From Craspedostauros australis (lineage: Eukaryota), in NCBI GenBank assembly GCA_030167865.1, contig JALAGF010001217.1, positions 1-40,447 of the forward strand: a stretch of 40,447 nucleotides of DNA, written 5' to 3'. This document shows positions 1-9,687 of the stretch, in pieces (position 1 is the stretch's first letter; each line of letters begins with the position of its first letter). The notes beneath the pieces are model-generated. The model worked only from the letters and a program-made list of their open reading frames with translations. It did not search any database and was not told the origin of the DNA. The position numbers and the translations under genes are program-made.

Positions 1-775
1 ACCTTTACCTAAAATATAACATTTTTAGTCATATTTGCCCGCGTACGATCTTAAGTTTTAAATCATTCTTAAATAATAAAAAAAGATTAAATTTCTATTT
101 CACAAAGAATGAAACAATTCGTCAAGATCATTTTAGAAAAGCTAATACATATTTTAACTTAATAACTATAAACGTCTCTAACTAAAACCTACATAATCAA
201 TAAAAACACTCACATACAACCTATCAATATAAAATATAACTATACTTATATTAAATATAACATGTATTATCACCCAAATCATCCTCATTAACATTTTCAC
301 TAATTCCCTTAAAATAGTCGATTGAATAAAATGCTCCCATGTCTAATTTGTATGTTTATATAAACCCATTAAAGCGATTTTATACTGCAATATCGTTTTA
401 TAAATTCATCAAATTTAAGTGCTAAGTACATTGTTTAAACCTTGAAGACTTTTAATCCGCCCATTTTACTTGTTTGTAACCCTTGTCCGCGCCATAAGTC
501 TCCCGTCTAAAAAATCCTTAAATTTTTTTAAATTTGCAAAATGCCATCAACCCGAATTTTTTCCCAAATTTATTCTAAAATGGAACTAAATGATTAAAAT
601 CAACTAGCGATTCTTGTAATTTAATAACAAATTAACTTTAAAAAATTTCATCACCGCCACTCCAATGATCACACTTTATTTCAACTACAGTCCAATGTGC
701 AACTTGATAGTAATACTTTTCTTTTATCGAAACTGTCACAAAACTCAATAAGGAAACATAATAAAGACACTTCGT
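1..775. repeat. Large diverged direct repeat, copy B (control/repeat region)
   Basis: Collinear with 39687-40447 (shared e.g. TTTGCCCGCG, TAAATAATAAAAAAAGATTAAATTTCTATTTCACAA, AGTCGATTGAATAAAATGCT, AAATGCCATCAACCCGAATTT); no ORF >=60 aa. Confidence 0.95.
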
Positions 776-1189
776 TCTAAATAGACTTTTTATATTTCTA
801 CAAGGTAAAATATCAACCCTGAACAGTTTAAGGGTCTTTGTTTCTATTTCATAAAAAATCGAGTAATCTTAAATAATTCTCATTTTATTAATTAATGTTT
901 TTTTTATGCTATACGACGTGAACTTCTTTACCAGACTAAAACGAAGCGACCTTATAATACAGCAAGCTCAATATTTACGGACATCGAGCAAACTTTCTAC
1001 AGCTTTTGACTCTAACCGTAATATACGAGTCTTTCTGACAACAGACACTTTTTTGCATCTGTTCTGCTTTTAAAAAGCTTCCTTCGTTTTAAAATTATAT
1101 TTTACCATAATATACGTATACCTGTATCTTATATTTTTCTTTAAATATAATCGACCGTGCAGCTTGATGATAACGTCCTTCTTGTATCG

Positions 1190-1388
1190 TAATTTCTACA
1201 AGATCTAATGAAAAAACCTATTAAAGACCCTTCCTAAAATGTAATACTTTTAATTACATTTGTCTACATATAATCCAAAATTTTAAACCAATTCCTAAAT
1301 AAAATTTCTGTTTCACAAAAAATGAAATAATTCATCAGGGTAATCTTAGAAAAATCGATACATATTTTAATTTAATAGCGGTAAACGT
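1190..1388. repeat. Partial, more diverged third copy (C) of the repeat unit
   Basis: AAAGACCCTTCCTAAAATGTAATACTTTTAATTACATTTG...TTTCACAAAAAATGAAATAATTC...ACATATTTTAATTTAATA matches the unit junction and the first ~175 nt of copy B. Confidence 0.8.
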
Positions 1389-1523
1389 TATGCAATTAAC
1401 CAGGATAACGTGCATATAAGCAGCCCAACTGTCGCATACCAAGTAAACTAAATAAAATTTACGTTAATATTCTCACACATTTCTTCTTATTTTTTGGCTA
1501 TTAAGAAAAAAGAACTCAAGTTA

Positions 1524-2138
1524 TTAATTAAAATTTGGTGTAAGAACTCCTACAGGGCACAAATCAATAACATTACCTGATAATTCAGATAGTAACACTT
1601 TGCTTACATACGTCCCAATTTCACTAGAATTTCCTCGACCAAATACACCAAGTTCTTCGGAACCAGCGATCTCTGCACTAAATCGAACGCACCGAGTGCA
1701 ATGAATACACCGTGTCATTACAGTTCGAACTATTGGACCTAAATTCTTGTCCATAACAGCTCGTTTAAACTTGTAAAATCTTCTTTTGGTCAAGCCAAAA
1801 AAAAGCGATTGATCTTGCAAATCACATTCACCACCCTGATCACAAATCGGACAATCCAATGGATGATTCAATAAAAGGAACTCCATAACATTTTCTCGAG
1901 CTTTTTTTACAAGACCACTGTTATGGTATATATCGTGAGTAAACAGACTAGCACCTGCACTTACGGCGCAGGCAACTACAGGTTTTGGCAAATTACCCAT
2001 TTCAACAATACACATTCTACAATTACCTGCAATAGATAAATTATTATGATAACAATAATGAGGTATAGAAACACCTAAATTTATTAAATAAGCCAATAGA
2101 GAAACCTTGTTTAGGTTAACAGTATTGCGGTTTGACAT
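1524..2138 (-). CDS. nad11a: NADH dehydrogenase subunit 11, N-terminal Fe-S half
   Basis: [49 protein letters not shown] motifs; start set at ATG 2138 because the upstream ORF extension runs through trnE. Confidence 0.95.
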   Translation of the reverse strand: MSNRNTVNLNKVSLLAYLINLGVSIPHYCYHNNLSIAGNCRMCIVEMGNLPKPVVACAVSAGASLFTHDIYHNSGLVKKARENVMEFLLLNHPLDCPICDQGGECDLQDQSLFFGLTKRRFYKFKRAVMDKNLGPIVRTVMTRCIHCTRCVRFSAEIAGSEELGVFGRGNSSEIGTYVSKVLLSELSGNVIDLCPVGVLTPNFN

Positions 2139-2143
2139 AGAAT

Positions 2144-2215
2144 TATTCTTAACGGGATTTGAACCCGTATTTCTACCGTGAAAGGGTAATGTCCTAACCA
2201 TTAGACGATAAGAAC
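2144..2215 (-). tRNA. trnE: tRNA-Glu(UUC)
   Basis: Cloverleaf, anticodon loop CT-TTC-AC, T loop TTCAAAT. Confidence 0.95.
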
Positions 2216-2240
2216 AACTTTTAAAAGTGAGAAAAACTTA

Positions 2241-2314
2241 GGAAATGTAGCTTAATTGGTTAAAGCGCCGACCTGTCACGTCGGAGATTATGGATTCAAA
2301 TTCCATCTTTTTCA
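2241..2314 (+). tRNA. trnD: tRNA-Asp(GUC)
   Basis: CCGAC-CTGTCAC-GTCGG anticodon arm; one T-T mismatch in acceptor stem. Confidence 0.95.
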
Positions 2315-2322
2315 ATAAATTA

Positions 2323-2649
2323 TTATACTTTTAAATTTTTATTTTGGATTTTAATAGAATCTAATTGAATATTTTCTCGCTGCTCATAATAAACGGCAAG
2401 TATAGATAGACCGATTGAAGATTCTGTTGCAGATAATGTCAGAATGAACAACACAAAGATCTGACCAGTAATGTCATCTAAGTAAAGCGAAAAAGTTATA
2501 AAACTTAAATTCACAGATAGTAACAACAGTTCTAAAGCCATTATTGTTTTAAGAATATTCCCTCTATTTAGAATTAAACCTAACATTCCTATGTGGAAAA
2601 GTATTATTATTACAGTTAATAAATGAAAATTCGTCTCTATTTCATACAT
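2323..2649 (-). CDS. nad4L: NADH dehydrogenase subunit 4L
   Basis: LNRGNILKTIMALELLLLSVNL, DDITGQIF, ATESSIGL. Confidence 0.97.
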   Translation of the reverse strand: MYEIETNFHLLTVIIILFHIGMLGLILNRGNILKTIMALELLLLSVNLSFITFSLYLDDITGQIFVLFILTLSATESSIGLSILAVYYEQRENIQLDSIKIQNKNLKV

Positions 2650-2650
2650 T

Positions 2651-2723
2651 TGAGCACACTGGGGCTTGAACCCAGGACCTGTGGATTAAAAGTCCAACGC
2701 TCTCCCAACTGAGCTATATACTC
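2651..2723 (-). tRNA. trnK: tRNA-Lys(UUU)
   Basis: Cloverleaf, loop CT-TTT-AA. Confidence 0.95.
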
Positions 2724-2750
2724 TATTAGAGAATAAGTTATGTCTGAATC

Positions 2751-2999
<249 letters not shown>

Positions 3000-3066
3000 T
3001 CATTTCGGAAAACGAGAGCAGCATATAATTTAATTCAAGTTTCATCTACGCTTCTTTTTTAATTTA

Positions 3067-3471
3067 TTAGTCAAAGATTTTTGTTGAAATTGGTAGTTTC
3101 ACACTTCCAGCATTAAAAGCTTTTACAGCTACTAACGCACTTACGCCACAGATTTCAAATAACGCAGTTCCTGCAGCAACACGAGCGGCCCAATATAAAA
3201 CAGACCCTTTACCTTTCCCCATCCTTGACTCAGTCGGCTTGGCTGTAATAGGTAAATGTGGGAAGATTCTAACCCAAACCTTACCTTTACGCTTTAGTTT
3301 TCTTGTAATAGCACGTCTCGCAGACTCTAATTGACGAGCACTTATTAACCCCGAAGTTTGAGCTTTTAACCCTAGTGTGCCAAATTGTAATTCATTTGCT
3401 TTAAACTCAAAACGCTTTAATTTTCCTTTTTTTAACTTTTTATATTTAGTTTTTTTAGGAGATAGAAACAT
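3067..3471 (-). CDS. rpl16: Ribosomal protein L16
   Basis: PKKTKYKK, QLESARRAI, KPTESRMGKGKG. Confidence 0.98.
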   Translation of the reverse strand: MFLSPKKTKYKKLKKGKLKRFEFKANELQFGTLGLKAQTSGLISARQLESARRAITRKLKRKGKVWVRIFPHLPITAKPTESRMGKGKGSVLYWAARVAAGTALFEICGVSALVAVKAFNAGSVKLPISTKIFD

Positions 3472-3489
3472 ATTTAATTTAATCGTATA

Positions 3490-4470
3490 CTATTTTTCAA
3501 CTACCCAGACCTTAATACCGTAACTTCCATTAGGGTTCTGAACACTAATAGAAGAATAATCAATTATCTCGCTAATTGTTTGAATAGGCACACTACCAAC
3601 AGTGATTATCTTATGCTTAGCTCTAGGGGCCCCATTTAACTTCCCTTTAACAATAACCTTTACACCTTTCAAACTTGACATATTTGTGTTTATAAATAAA
3701 TTAAAGAATCGTTTTATAAACATAAATATTGGCTTTTGTCGCTTTGAACGTTTAAGTTCCGCAGCAATAAAAGTAGCCAACAGGCTGGCCCCACTACCAT
3801 TAGATAATGTTACAAAGAACACATTGAAGCCTTCTTTAAAAAATGATGAATTTCGAAACCTCTGCAAATTTAATAACTTTTTTTTTAGCGTTTTTGACTG
3901 ATACTTTGTTAAAACGAAATTAGTATTTATACATTTCATTGTTAAAATAAACTGATGTTTATTACCCGTAAATAAATTGAGACCTTCAACAAGTTTGGCC
4001 AGAACGTTCGTTGATGAACGTTCGACTGAGTATTCTCCCCGACGCTTTAAAGTTAATGAATTATAAACAAATAATCTACTCAGTCTATTAATATAACCAG
4101 AAGAGCTATTTATAAGCCGACTATTCGAGCCTCGTTTTATCTTTTCCCTTGTGCCAACTAATTTGACAATTTTCGAGCCTTTACCTGAATTATCTGACCG
4201 AATTTGAAGTTTATTTTCCAGATGTGTAAAACTAAATTTTTCTGTAATAAAATACGATATAAAGATATTAATAGTTGAATTGCTATATGATAGTTTGTAG
4301 TCATGTAGGTACAAATCGTTCGTTTGAAAAAACCTTTTTATGTAGTTAATAATTTCTAAATCGTTAAAAATAAAATCCGCGAGTTCTCCTGTTTTTTTTT
4401 CATAAAATTTAGTTTTCCATGTTTTACTAATACCAAGCCGAAATATGTTTGGATTTGTTTTTTGTCCCAT
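3490..4470 (-). CDS. rps3: Ribosomal protein S3
   Basis: MGQKTNPNIFRLG N-terminus; GKLNGAPRA, GSYGIKVWV C-terminus. Confidence 0.97.
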   Translation of the reverse strand: MGQKTNPNIFRLGISKTWKTKFYEKKTGELADFIFNDLEIINYIKRFFQTNDLYLHDYKLSYSNSTINIFISYFITEKFSFTHLENKLQIRSDNSGKGSKIVKLVGTREKIKRGSNSRLINSSSGYINRLSRLFVYNSLTLKRRGEYSVERSSTNVLAKLVEGLNLFTGNKHQFILTMKCINTNFVLTKYQSKTLKKKLLNLQRFRNSSFFKEGFNVFFVTLSNGSGASLLATFIAAELKRSKRQKPIFMFIKRFFNLFINTNMSSLKGVKVIVKGKLNGAPRAKHKIITVGSVPIQTISEIIDYSSISVQNPNGSYGIKVWVVEK

Positions 4471-4481
4471 TTATATATAGA

Positions 4482-4730
4482 TTACTTATTTTTTTTCTTC
4501 TTAAATACCGCACATTCTTTTGTTGGAGCAAACTCTCCTACTTTGTGTCCTATCATCTCTTTCGTTATTTTTACTATAATTGACCTATCCCCACAATGAA
4601 CACTTACAGACGAATCAACGTCTTTAGCGGTAATTTCGGTACTCCGAGCTAAAGATATCGCATAGTTCATATTTGTTTGAGTTCGATTCATATTATTGAG
4701 AGATGGACCTTTCCATTTTGATCTTCCCAT
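4482..4730 (-). CDS. rps19: Ribosomal protein S19
   Basis: RSKWKGP, MIGHKVGEFAPT. Confidence 0.97.
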   Translation of the reverse strand: MGRSKWKGPSLNNMNRTQTNMNYAISLARSTEITAKDVDSSVSVHCGDRSIIVKITKEMIGHKVGEFAPTKECAVFKKKKNK

Positions 4731-4744
4731 GATTTTGTAATATT

Positions 4745-5530
4745 TTAATTGCTATGTTTACCTGTTTTACCTCTCAAGTTAGACTTTCCCCAAGGCGTCT
4801 TGGATATTCCAGACTTCTTACCCTCACCACCTCCGTGAGGATGGTCTGTAGGATTCATTGCGACACCCCTTACAACAGGCCTATGATTTAACCAACGGGA
4901 TCTTCCAGCCTTTCCTAAACATTGCAACAAATGCCCAGTGTTGGACACTTCTCCTATAGAAGCAAAGCATTTTGGTGAAACTTTTCTACTGAGACCAGAA
5001 GGTAACAAAATAGTGACAAATTTCACCGATTTGTCTCTCAAAATCGCAAAAGTCCCTGCGGATCTCGCTACAATAGAACAAGATTGTTTCTTAAGACTAA
5101 CGTTGTATATATAAGTACCTACAGGTATTTGAGACAAAGGCAAGGAACTCCCTAAACTCGGTTTAATTTCTTGACCGTAACTAACAATGTCCCCCACAGT
5201 TAATTGTCGAGGCGCTAAAATGTAAGCGAAAGTTTTTGTCGAATAATCGTAAACTGAAGCAATAAAAGCACTTCGATTTGGATCATGCTCCAAGCTACAC
5301 ACAATACTCATTGCAGAAACGTTTAAATGATTAAAACTTATTTTTCTAAAACGTCTTTTTACCCCGCCCCCTCGATGGTAAGCGGTAATCTGACCTGAGT
5401 TGTTTCGTCCGGCAAAGTTTTTTTTGCCGCAAATTAAAGTTTTTAATATAGGTTTTTTTTGTAAATAATTCTTATTTAACTGTAACAAATTTCTCTGAGA
5501 CGGTGTAAACGGTTTGCTTTGTTTAAACAT
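4745..5530 (-). CDS. rpl2: Ribosomal protein L2
   Basis: GRNNSGQIT, EHDPNRSA, VRGVAMNPTDHPHGGGEG. Confidence 0.99.
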   Translation of the reverse strand: MFKQSKPFTPSQRNLLQLNKNYLQKKPILKTLICGKKNFAGRNNSGQITAYHRGGGVKRRFRKISFNHLNVSAMSIVCSLEHDPNRSAFIASVYDYSTKTFAYILAPRQLTVGDIVSYGQEIKPSLGSSLPLSQIPVGTYIYNVSLKKQSCSIVARSAGTFAILRDKSVKFVTILLPSGLSRKVSPKCFASIGEVSNTGHLLQCLGKAGRSRWLNHRPVVRGVAMNPTDHPHGGGEGKKSGISKTPWGKSNLRGKTGKHSN

Positions 5531-5578
5531 AATGCAACTAATACTCTTTATTTCTAATTAAATACGTTTTTTATTTAT

Positions 5579-6139
5579 ATGTCTTTATCAAACTTAACTT
5601 TTAAAAATTTAATGCTCAAATTAAACTTGAAATCTCTAAAAAAAACAAAAGAACAAATTCACTTGGCAAAGTTACTGAATCAGACGACCCAATTAAAAAC
5701 AATAAAAAAAACTAACTTAAGCAAAAAATTAGGTGAACAAAAACACTCCTCAATAACAAACGAAAATCTATTAGTCTCTTATATTTTATCAATAACTTTT
5801 CTACGAACAAACACAACAATACAATTATCTAACGCAAAAGGGGAAATAATTTTTTTCCGTGGAGCAGGTGATATAGGGTTCCAAGGAAAACAAAAGAAGA
5901 GAAGAAAGATAGCTTTAAACAGATTAATCCGATTGTTAAAATTAAAAATTTCGTTCGCAAATGATGCCCCAGTGGCCATTCATTTAAAAAATGTTAGAAC
6001 ACACAAATTTTTTATCATAAAACATTTAGAAAGTCTTTTCTTTATTCGAGTCATTAAAAGTTTTAATAAAGTACCTTACAATGGCTGCAGAAAAAGAAAG
6101 GTTCGGCGAAAGAAATATGTACGCAAAACTATAAAATAA
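5579..6139 (+). CDS. rps11: Ribosomal protein S11 (with N-terminal extension)
   Basis: NTTIQLSN..G, AGDIGFQG, PYNGCRKRKVRR. Confidence 0.93.
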   Translation: MSLSNLTFKNLMLKLNLKSLKKTKEQIHLAKLLNQTTQLKTIKKTNLSKKLGEQKHSSITNENLLVSYILSITFLRTNTTIQLSNAKGEIIFFRGAGDIGFQGKQKKRRKIALNRLIRLLKLKISFANDAPVAIHLKNVRTHKFFIIKHLESLFFIRVIKSFNKVPYNGCRKRKVRRKKYVRKTIK

Positions 6140-6146
6140 ACTCACT

Positions 6147-6229
6147 GGAGAGATGGCTGAGCGGTTTAAAGCGACAGATTGTAAATCTGTTGAGTTTTCT
6201 CATCATAGGTTCGAATCCTATTCTCTCCT
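6147..6229 (+). tRNA. trnY: tRNA-Tyr(GUA)
   Basis: ACAGA-TTGTAAA-TCTGT, long variable arm. Confidence 0.95.
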
Positions 6230-6249
6230 TCTTCTTTATCATAAATCAT

Positions 6250-6322
6250 CGAAATATGGCGTAGTTGGTAGCGCACCTGTTTTGGGAACAGGGGGTCATG
6301 TGTTCAAATCACATTATTTCGA
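6250..6322 (+). tRNA. trnP: tRNA-Pro(UGG)
   Basis: CCTGT-TTTGGGA-ACAGG. Confidence 0.95.
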
Positions 6323-6781
6323 GTTTTTAAATGACCAGGAATACGGACTTTTAAAATAAACATTTAAAGAAGCATTAAATGTAGACATTATTTGTTTATA
6401 TGAAGCCTTGTCACAATATTTCGTGTTATTAACTTCATAAATTTTATTATTGAGTTTTAAAAAAAGACAAACAAAGATTGAATGGAATTTTTTTATTAAG
6501 GTTTCCATTAAAATTTCTTCAGTATTACTTTGTAATTTTAAAATTGTAACAGTACCTGAAATTGCCGTAGTAAAGTTCCGATATATAGAAGATTGGGTAA
6601 TTCTTGAAATTGCACTATTTGCAACTTTATATTGCACTAAACCTAACTTTTTCAAATCTTGTTCTATAAGAAGCAGCTTCTTACACCTTAGTCTAGGCGT
6701 ATGATATACTACAAGAATAGGTGATTTTTTTAAATAATGCTTTATTCTTAACGCACGATAGTTTTTTAAATCCAAATTCAT
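6314..6781 (-). CDS. rpl10: Probable divergent ribosomal protein L10 (155 aa)
   Basis: Size, L10-like pattern (ILVVYH..L....L..IEQDLKKLGL..YKVANSAI..I...IY.NF...ISG), and position in the diatom rps11/tatA/tatC block. Confidence 0.75.
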   Translation of the reverse strand: MNLDLKNYRALRIKHYLKKSPILVVYHTPRLRCKKLLLIEQDLKKLGLVQYKVANSAISRITQSSIYRNFTTAISGTVTILKLQSNTEEILMETLIKKFHSIFVCLFLKLNNKIYEVNNTKYCDKASYKQIMSTFNASLNVYFKSPYSWSFKNSK

Positions 6782-6806
6782 ATCTAAAGAGTCTTTATAA
6801 ATACGC

Positions 6807-6879
6807 TAGGCCCAGTAGGATTTGAACCTACGACTAAACCGTTATGAGCAGCACGTTCTACCAACTGAACTACAGGCCT
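6807..6879 (-). tRNA. trnI: tRNA-Ile(CAU), presumed lysidine-modified
   Basis: Loop CT-CAT-AA followed by CGG, AGGCCTG acceptor, resembling mitochondrial trnI(cau); two other CAU tRNAs fill the Met roles. Confidence 0.8.
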
Positions 6880-6904
6880 ACAATTTTTAATTAAATATAT
6901 TTTT

Positions 6905-7036
6905 ATGAGAACAGTAAGTATTGGACAAATATTCGTTTTATTAACTTTTCTTTTTATGCTCTTCGGAGATATTAAAGCATTAAAAAAACAAACACGATAT
7001 GTTTTAAAACAAATAAAAAACTATACTAACAAATAG
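6905..7036 (+). CDS. tatA: Twin-arginine translocase subunit TatA (43 aa, absent from ORF track)
   Basis: MRTVSIGQIFVLLTFLFMLFGDIKALKKQTRYVLKQIKNYTNK: SIxQ, short TM helix, FG hinge, amphipathic helix; just upstream of tatC. Confidence 0.88.
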   Translation: MRTVSIGQIFVLLTFLFMLFGDIKALKKQTRYVLKQIKNYTNK

Positions 7037-7049
7037 TATAGCTTTTTAA

Positions 7050-7122
7050 CAGGAAAAAAGGGAGTCGAACCCCTGTCCTTTGGTTTTGGAAACCACTGCT
7101 CTGCCAACTGAGCTATCCTCCT
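7050..7122 (-). tRNA. trnW: tRNA-Trp(CCA)
   Basis: Loop TT-CCA-AA. Confidence 0.95.
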
Positions 7123-7138
7123 AAGAGCAACATATAGA

Positions 7139-7873
7139 ATGAAAAATTACTATAAATATCTACTTGAATTACGAAATCGAATAATTATCTTAATTACTAC
7201 ATGGCTTTTCCTATTTTGCACATGCTACAAATACAAAAAAACAATTTTCTTTTCTTTCGTAGGCTTATTTAATTTTGAACAAATTGGCTTAACTGAAGGG
7301 CATTTTATCTATACAGATATAACAGAACTTTTTTCAACAAATCTCAATGTACTCCTTCTTGTAACGAACCAAATTATGTTCTTTTATACGTTATACGCAA
7401 TTTTTCTATTTATGGCACCTGGATTCAATATAATCGAGTATAAAAAAATGAAGAAATCTTTTGTCTTGTTATTATGTCTTTACGTAATCGTATTGACCAT
7501 ATTAAATAAACTAGTTTTGCCTTTTTCTTTAAAATTTTTTCTAACATTTTATCAACATTTAGAGCAAGAAGCTCAGCCAATCTATTTTGAAGCTAAAATT
7601 AGCCAATATTTGAAATACTATCAAAACCTTTACTTCACCAGTTTATTCAATATCTTTCTCCTTGTTACCACGAGCATAATTATAGATAACGTTAATCAAA
7701 AAATTATCTTAATGAAAAAACTTAGAAGGTTTCTCTACTGTTTCTTTCTACTCATATCAACTCTAAGCACTCCTCCAGACATAATTAGTCAGATATTTTT
7801 GACAATACTCCTTAGCACACTTTATGAATTTCGCATACTTCTGAAAATTGTCAAACAAATTTTAGTAAGGTAA
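7139..7873 (+). CDS. tatC: Twin-arginine translocase subunit TatC
   Basis: [43 protein letters not shown]. Confidence 0.95.
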   Translation: MKNYYKYLLELRNRIIILITTWLFLFCTCYKYKKTIFFSFVGLFNFEQIGLTEGHFIYTDITELFSTNLNVLLLVTNQIMFFYTLYAIFLFMAPGFNIIEYKKMKKSFVLLLCLYVIVLTILNKLVLPFSLKFFLTFYQHLEQEAQPIYFEAKISQYLKYYQNLYFTSLFNIFLLVTTSIIIDNVNQKIILMKKLRRFLYCFFLLISTLSTPPDIISQIFLTILLSTLYEFRILLKIVKQILVR

Positions 7874-8851
7874 CCAATTAAAACTTATTAAACTACACGA
7901 CGTAAATACAAAATACGCAATAGACAAAGGGAGGAAACTCTTCCAACCGAGATGCATTAGCTGATCATATCTATATCTAGGCAAAGTAGCTCTTGTTACG
8001 ATAAAAAAAAGTACACCGAATAATATTTTTAAACTAAACCACAAACTCCCTGGGAAAAAATTTAATGGGAAAATATTAAAAGGTGGGAGCCACCCACCCA
8101 GGAATAAAACAGATGAAATTGCACTCATCATTAACATATTAGCATACTCGCCTAAAAAGAATAGTGCAAAGGTCATCGCAGAATATTCTACATTATATCC
8201 TGATACAAGTTCGGCTTCGGCCTCAGGAAGATCGAAAGGATGTCTATTAGTTTCTGCTAACATTGAAATGTAGAACATAATAAAGAGGGGAAAAAGAGGA
8301 ATTATTAACCAAATCTCAGTTTGTGCTAAAACGATTTTACTTAAGTTTAATGAACCTGTACAAATTACAACACTTAACAAAATAAAACTGATGGACATTT
8401 CATAAGAAATCATTTGAGATGCCGAACGTAATCCTCCGAGATAAGCATATTTAGAATTACTTGACCAACCAGCTAAGATTATCCCATAAACATTTAATGA
8501 TGAAACAGCTAATAAATAAAGCAGTCCTAAATTTACGTCAGCTAACACAATTTTATGAGAAAACGGAATTGCCGCCCAACCAATCAAACTTAATAGAAAT
8601 GATAATAAAGGAGCTAAAAGAAATATAATAACGTTAGAATTACTGGGTAGAGTAGTCTCCTTAACAAACAGTTTTAAACCATCAGCAAGAGCCTGTAAAG
8701 TACCAATAAACCCTATTACATTAGGGCCTCTTCGTCTTTGAATAGCACCCATAATTTTTCGTTCCGCCACCGTAAAATAAGCTACCGCTATAAGAAGAGG
8801 AACAGTGATACTAAGAATTTTTAAAAAAAGAATTAAAATTGTAATTAACAT
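7862..8851 (-). CDS. nad1: NADH dehydrogenase subunit 1
   Basis: [44 protein letters not shown]; start ATG 8851 (ORF-track extension crosses trnC/trnS). Confidence 0.98.
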   Translation of the reverse strand: MLITILILFLKILSITVPLLIAVAYFTVAERKIMGAIQRRRGPNVIGFIGTLQALADGLKLFVKETTLPSNSNVIIFLLAPLLSFLLSLIGWAAIPFSHKIVLADVNLGLLYLLAVSSLNVYGIILAGWSSNSKYAYLGGLRSASQMISYEMSISFILLSVVICTGSLNLSKIVLAQTEIWLIIPLFPLFIMFYISMLAETNRHPFDLPEAEAELVSGYNVEYSAMTFALFFLGEYANMLMMSAISSVLFLGGWLPPFNIFPLNFFPGSLWFSLKILFGVLFFIVTRATLPRYRYDQLMHLGWKSFLPLSIAYFVFTSCSLISFNWLPY

Positions 8852-8856
8852 ATCAA

Positions 8857-8928
8857 AGGCTAAAACTGGATTCGAACCAGTATTAAAAAATTTGCAATCT
8901 TTTACATTGCCAATTATGTTATTTAGCC
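8857..8928 (-). tRNA. trnC: tRNA-Cys(GCA)
   Basis: Loop TT-GCA-AA, GGCTAAA acceptor. Confidence 0.93.
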
Positions 8929-8951
8929 AACTAGCCAACTCTATAAGAATT

Positions 8952-9037
8952 AGGATAGAGTGGGATTCGAACCCACGGTATCGATAAAATACAACAGTTT
9001 TCAAAACTGTCACTTTAGACCACTCAGTCATCCATCC
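8952..9037 (-). tRNA. trnS: tRNA-Ser(UGA)
   Basis: ACAGT-TTTGAAA-ACTGT, long variable arm. Confidence 0.95.
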
Positions 9038-9040
9038 TTA

Positions 9041-9113
9041 AGCAAATGAAGGGACTCGAACCCTTAGCTTCAACCTTGGCAAGGTTACACTCTACCTATT
9101 GAGTTACAATTGC
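9041..9113 (-). tRNA. trnG: tRNA-Gly(GCC)
   Basis: AACC-TTGCCAA-GGTT. Confidence 0.95.
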
Positions 9114-9148
9114 ATTTTGCTTTTGTGCTGCATCACTAAAAGGTTGAG

Positions 9149-9682
9149 CTAAAAAGGTAACCTTAAACTACTTAATAAATAACGAAACTGTGTATAGGTT
9201 TTTGCAGTTGTCACAAAGGTTACATTTAGCTTCTCTAAATCATTAAATAAATAAAACTGACGCTCCAACTCTTTAAACACAATTAATTGTGACAACTCTA
9301 AAGATAAAGCGCCTGTCCGACAGTTTTTCTTTAACTTCAAACCAGTAAAATCTTTTAAAGAAGGCGCTATTTGCGAGGTAAAATTATCCAAAAAGATGAA
9401 GGAATCAGTTCCATCTAAACGCGCAACACAACCAGCAGGTTGCCCTTTTCGTATCCTAAGCATTAAATTAGATTTTTTTGCTTTACTAACTGAAGCCCGG
9501 TCTTTTGCTATTAATTTTAAAGCGAGTAAAGCAGAAGCTACGTTTTTAAGATCATTTGTTTTATAACCAAAATTTAAACTAATGTAACTTAATTGTGGAA
9601 GCTCTTTTGTATTTTTATAGTGAAATTTATTAAATAAATCGCGCGCTATTATGTATTTAAAATAGTATTCTAAAATGTTCAT
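9149..9682 (-). CDS. rpl5: Ribosomal protein L5
   Basis: LPQLSYISLNFG, KAKKSN..LRIRKGQPAGC; follows rpl14. Confidence 0.93.
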   Translation of the reverse strand: MNILEYYFKYIIARDLFNKFHYKNTKELPQLSYISLNFGYKTNDLKNVASALLALKLIAKDRASVSKAKKSNLMLRIRKGQPAGCVARLDGTDSFIFLDNFTSQIAPSLKDFTGLKLKKNCRTGALSLELSQLIVFKELERQFYLFNDLEKLNVTFVTTAKTYTQFRYLLSSLRLPF

Positions 9683-9687
9683 TTAAT

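Noticed and set aside
776-1520. Small hairpins in the noncoding region (e.g. ACCCT/AGGGT ~817-835, AACAGA/TCTGTT ~1040-1063) and a possible CRISPR-like array
   Set aside because: Short stems are expected by chance in AT-rich DNA, and there are no regularly spaced identical repeats.
7050-7122. TGA=Trp genetic code as in some diatoms
   Set aside because: trnW has a CCA anticodon, the conserved genes translate fully with the standard code, and rps13 ends in TGA.
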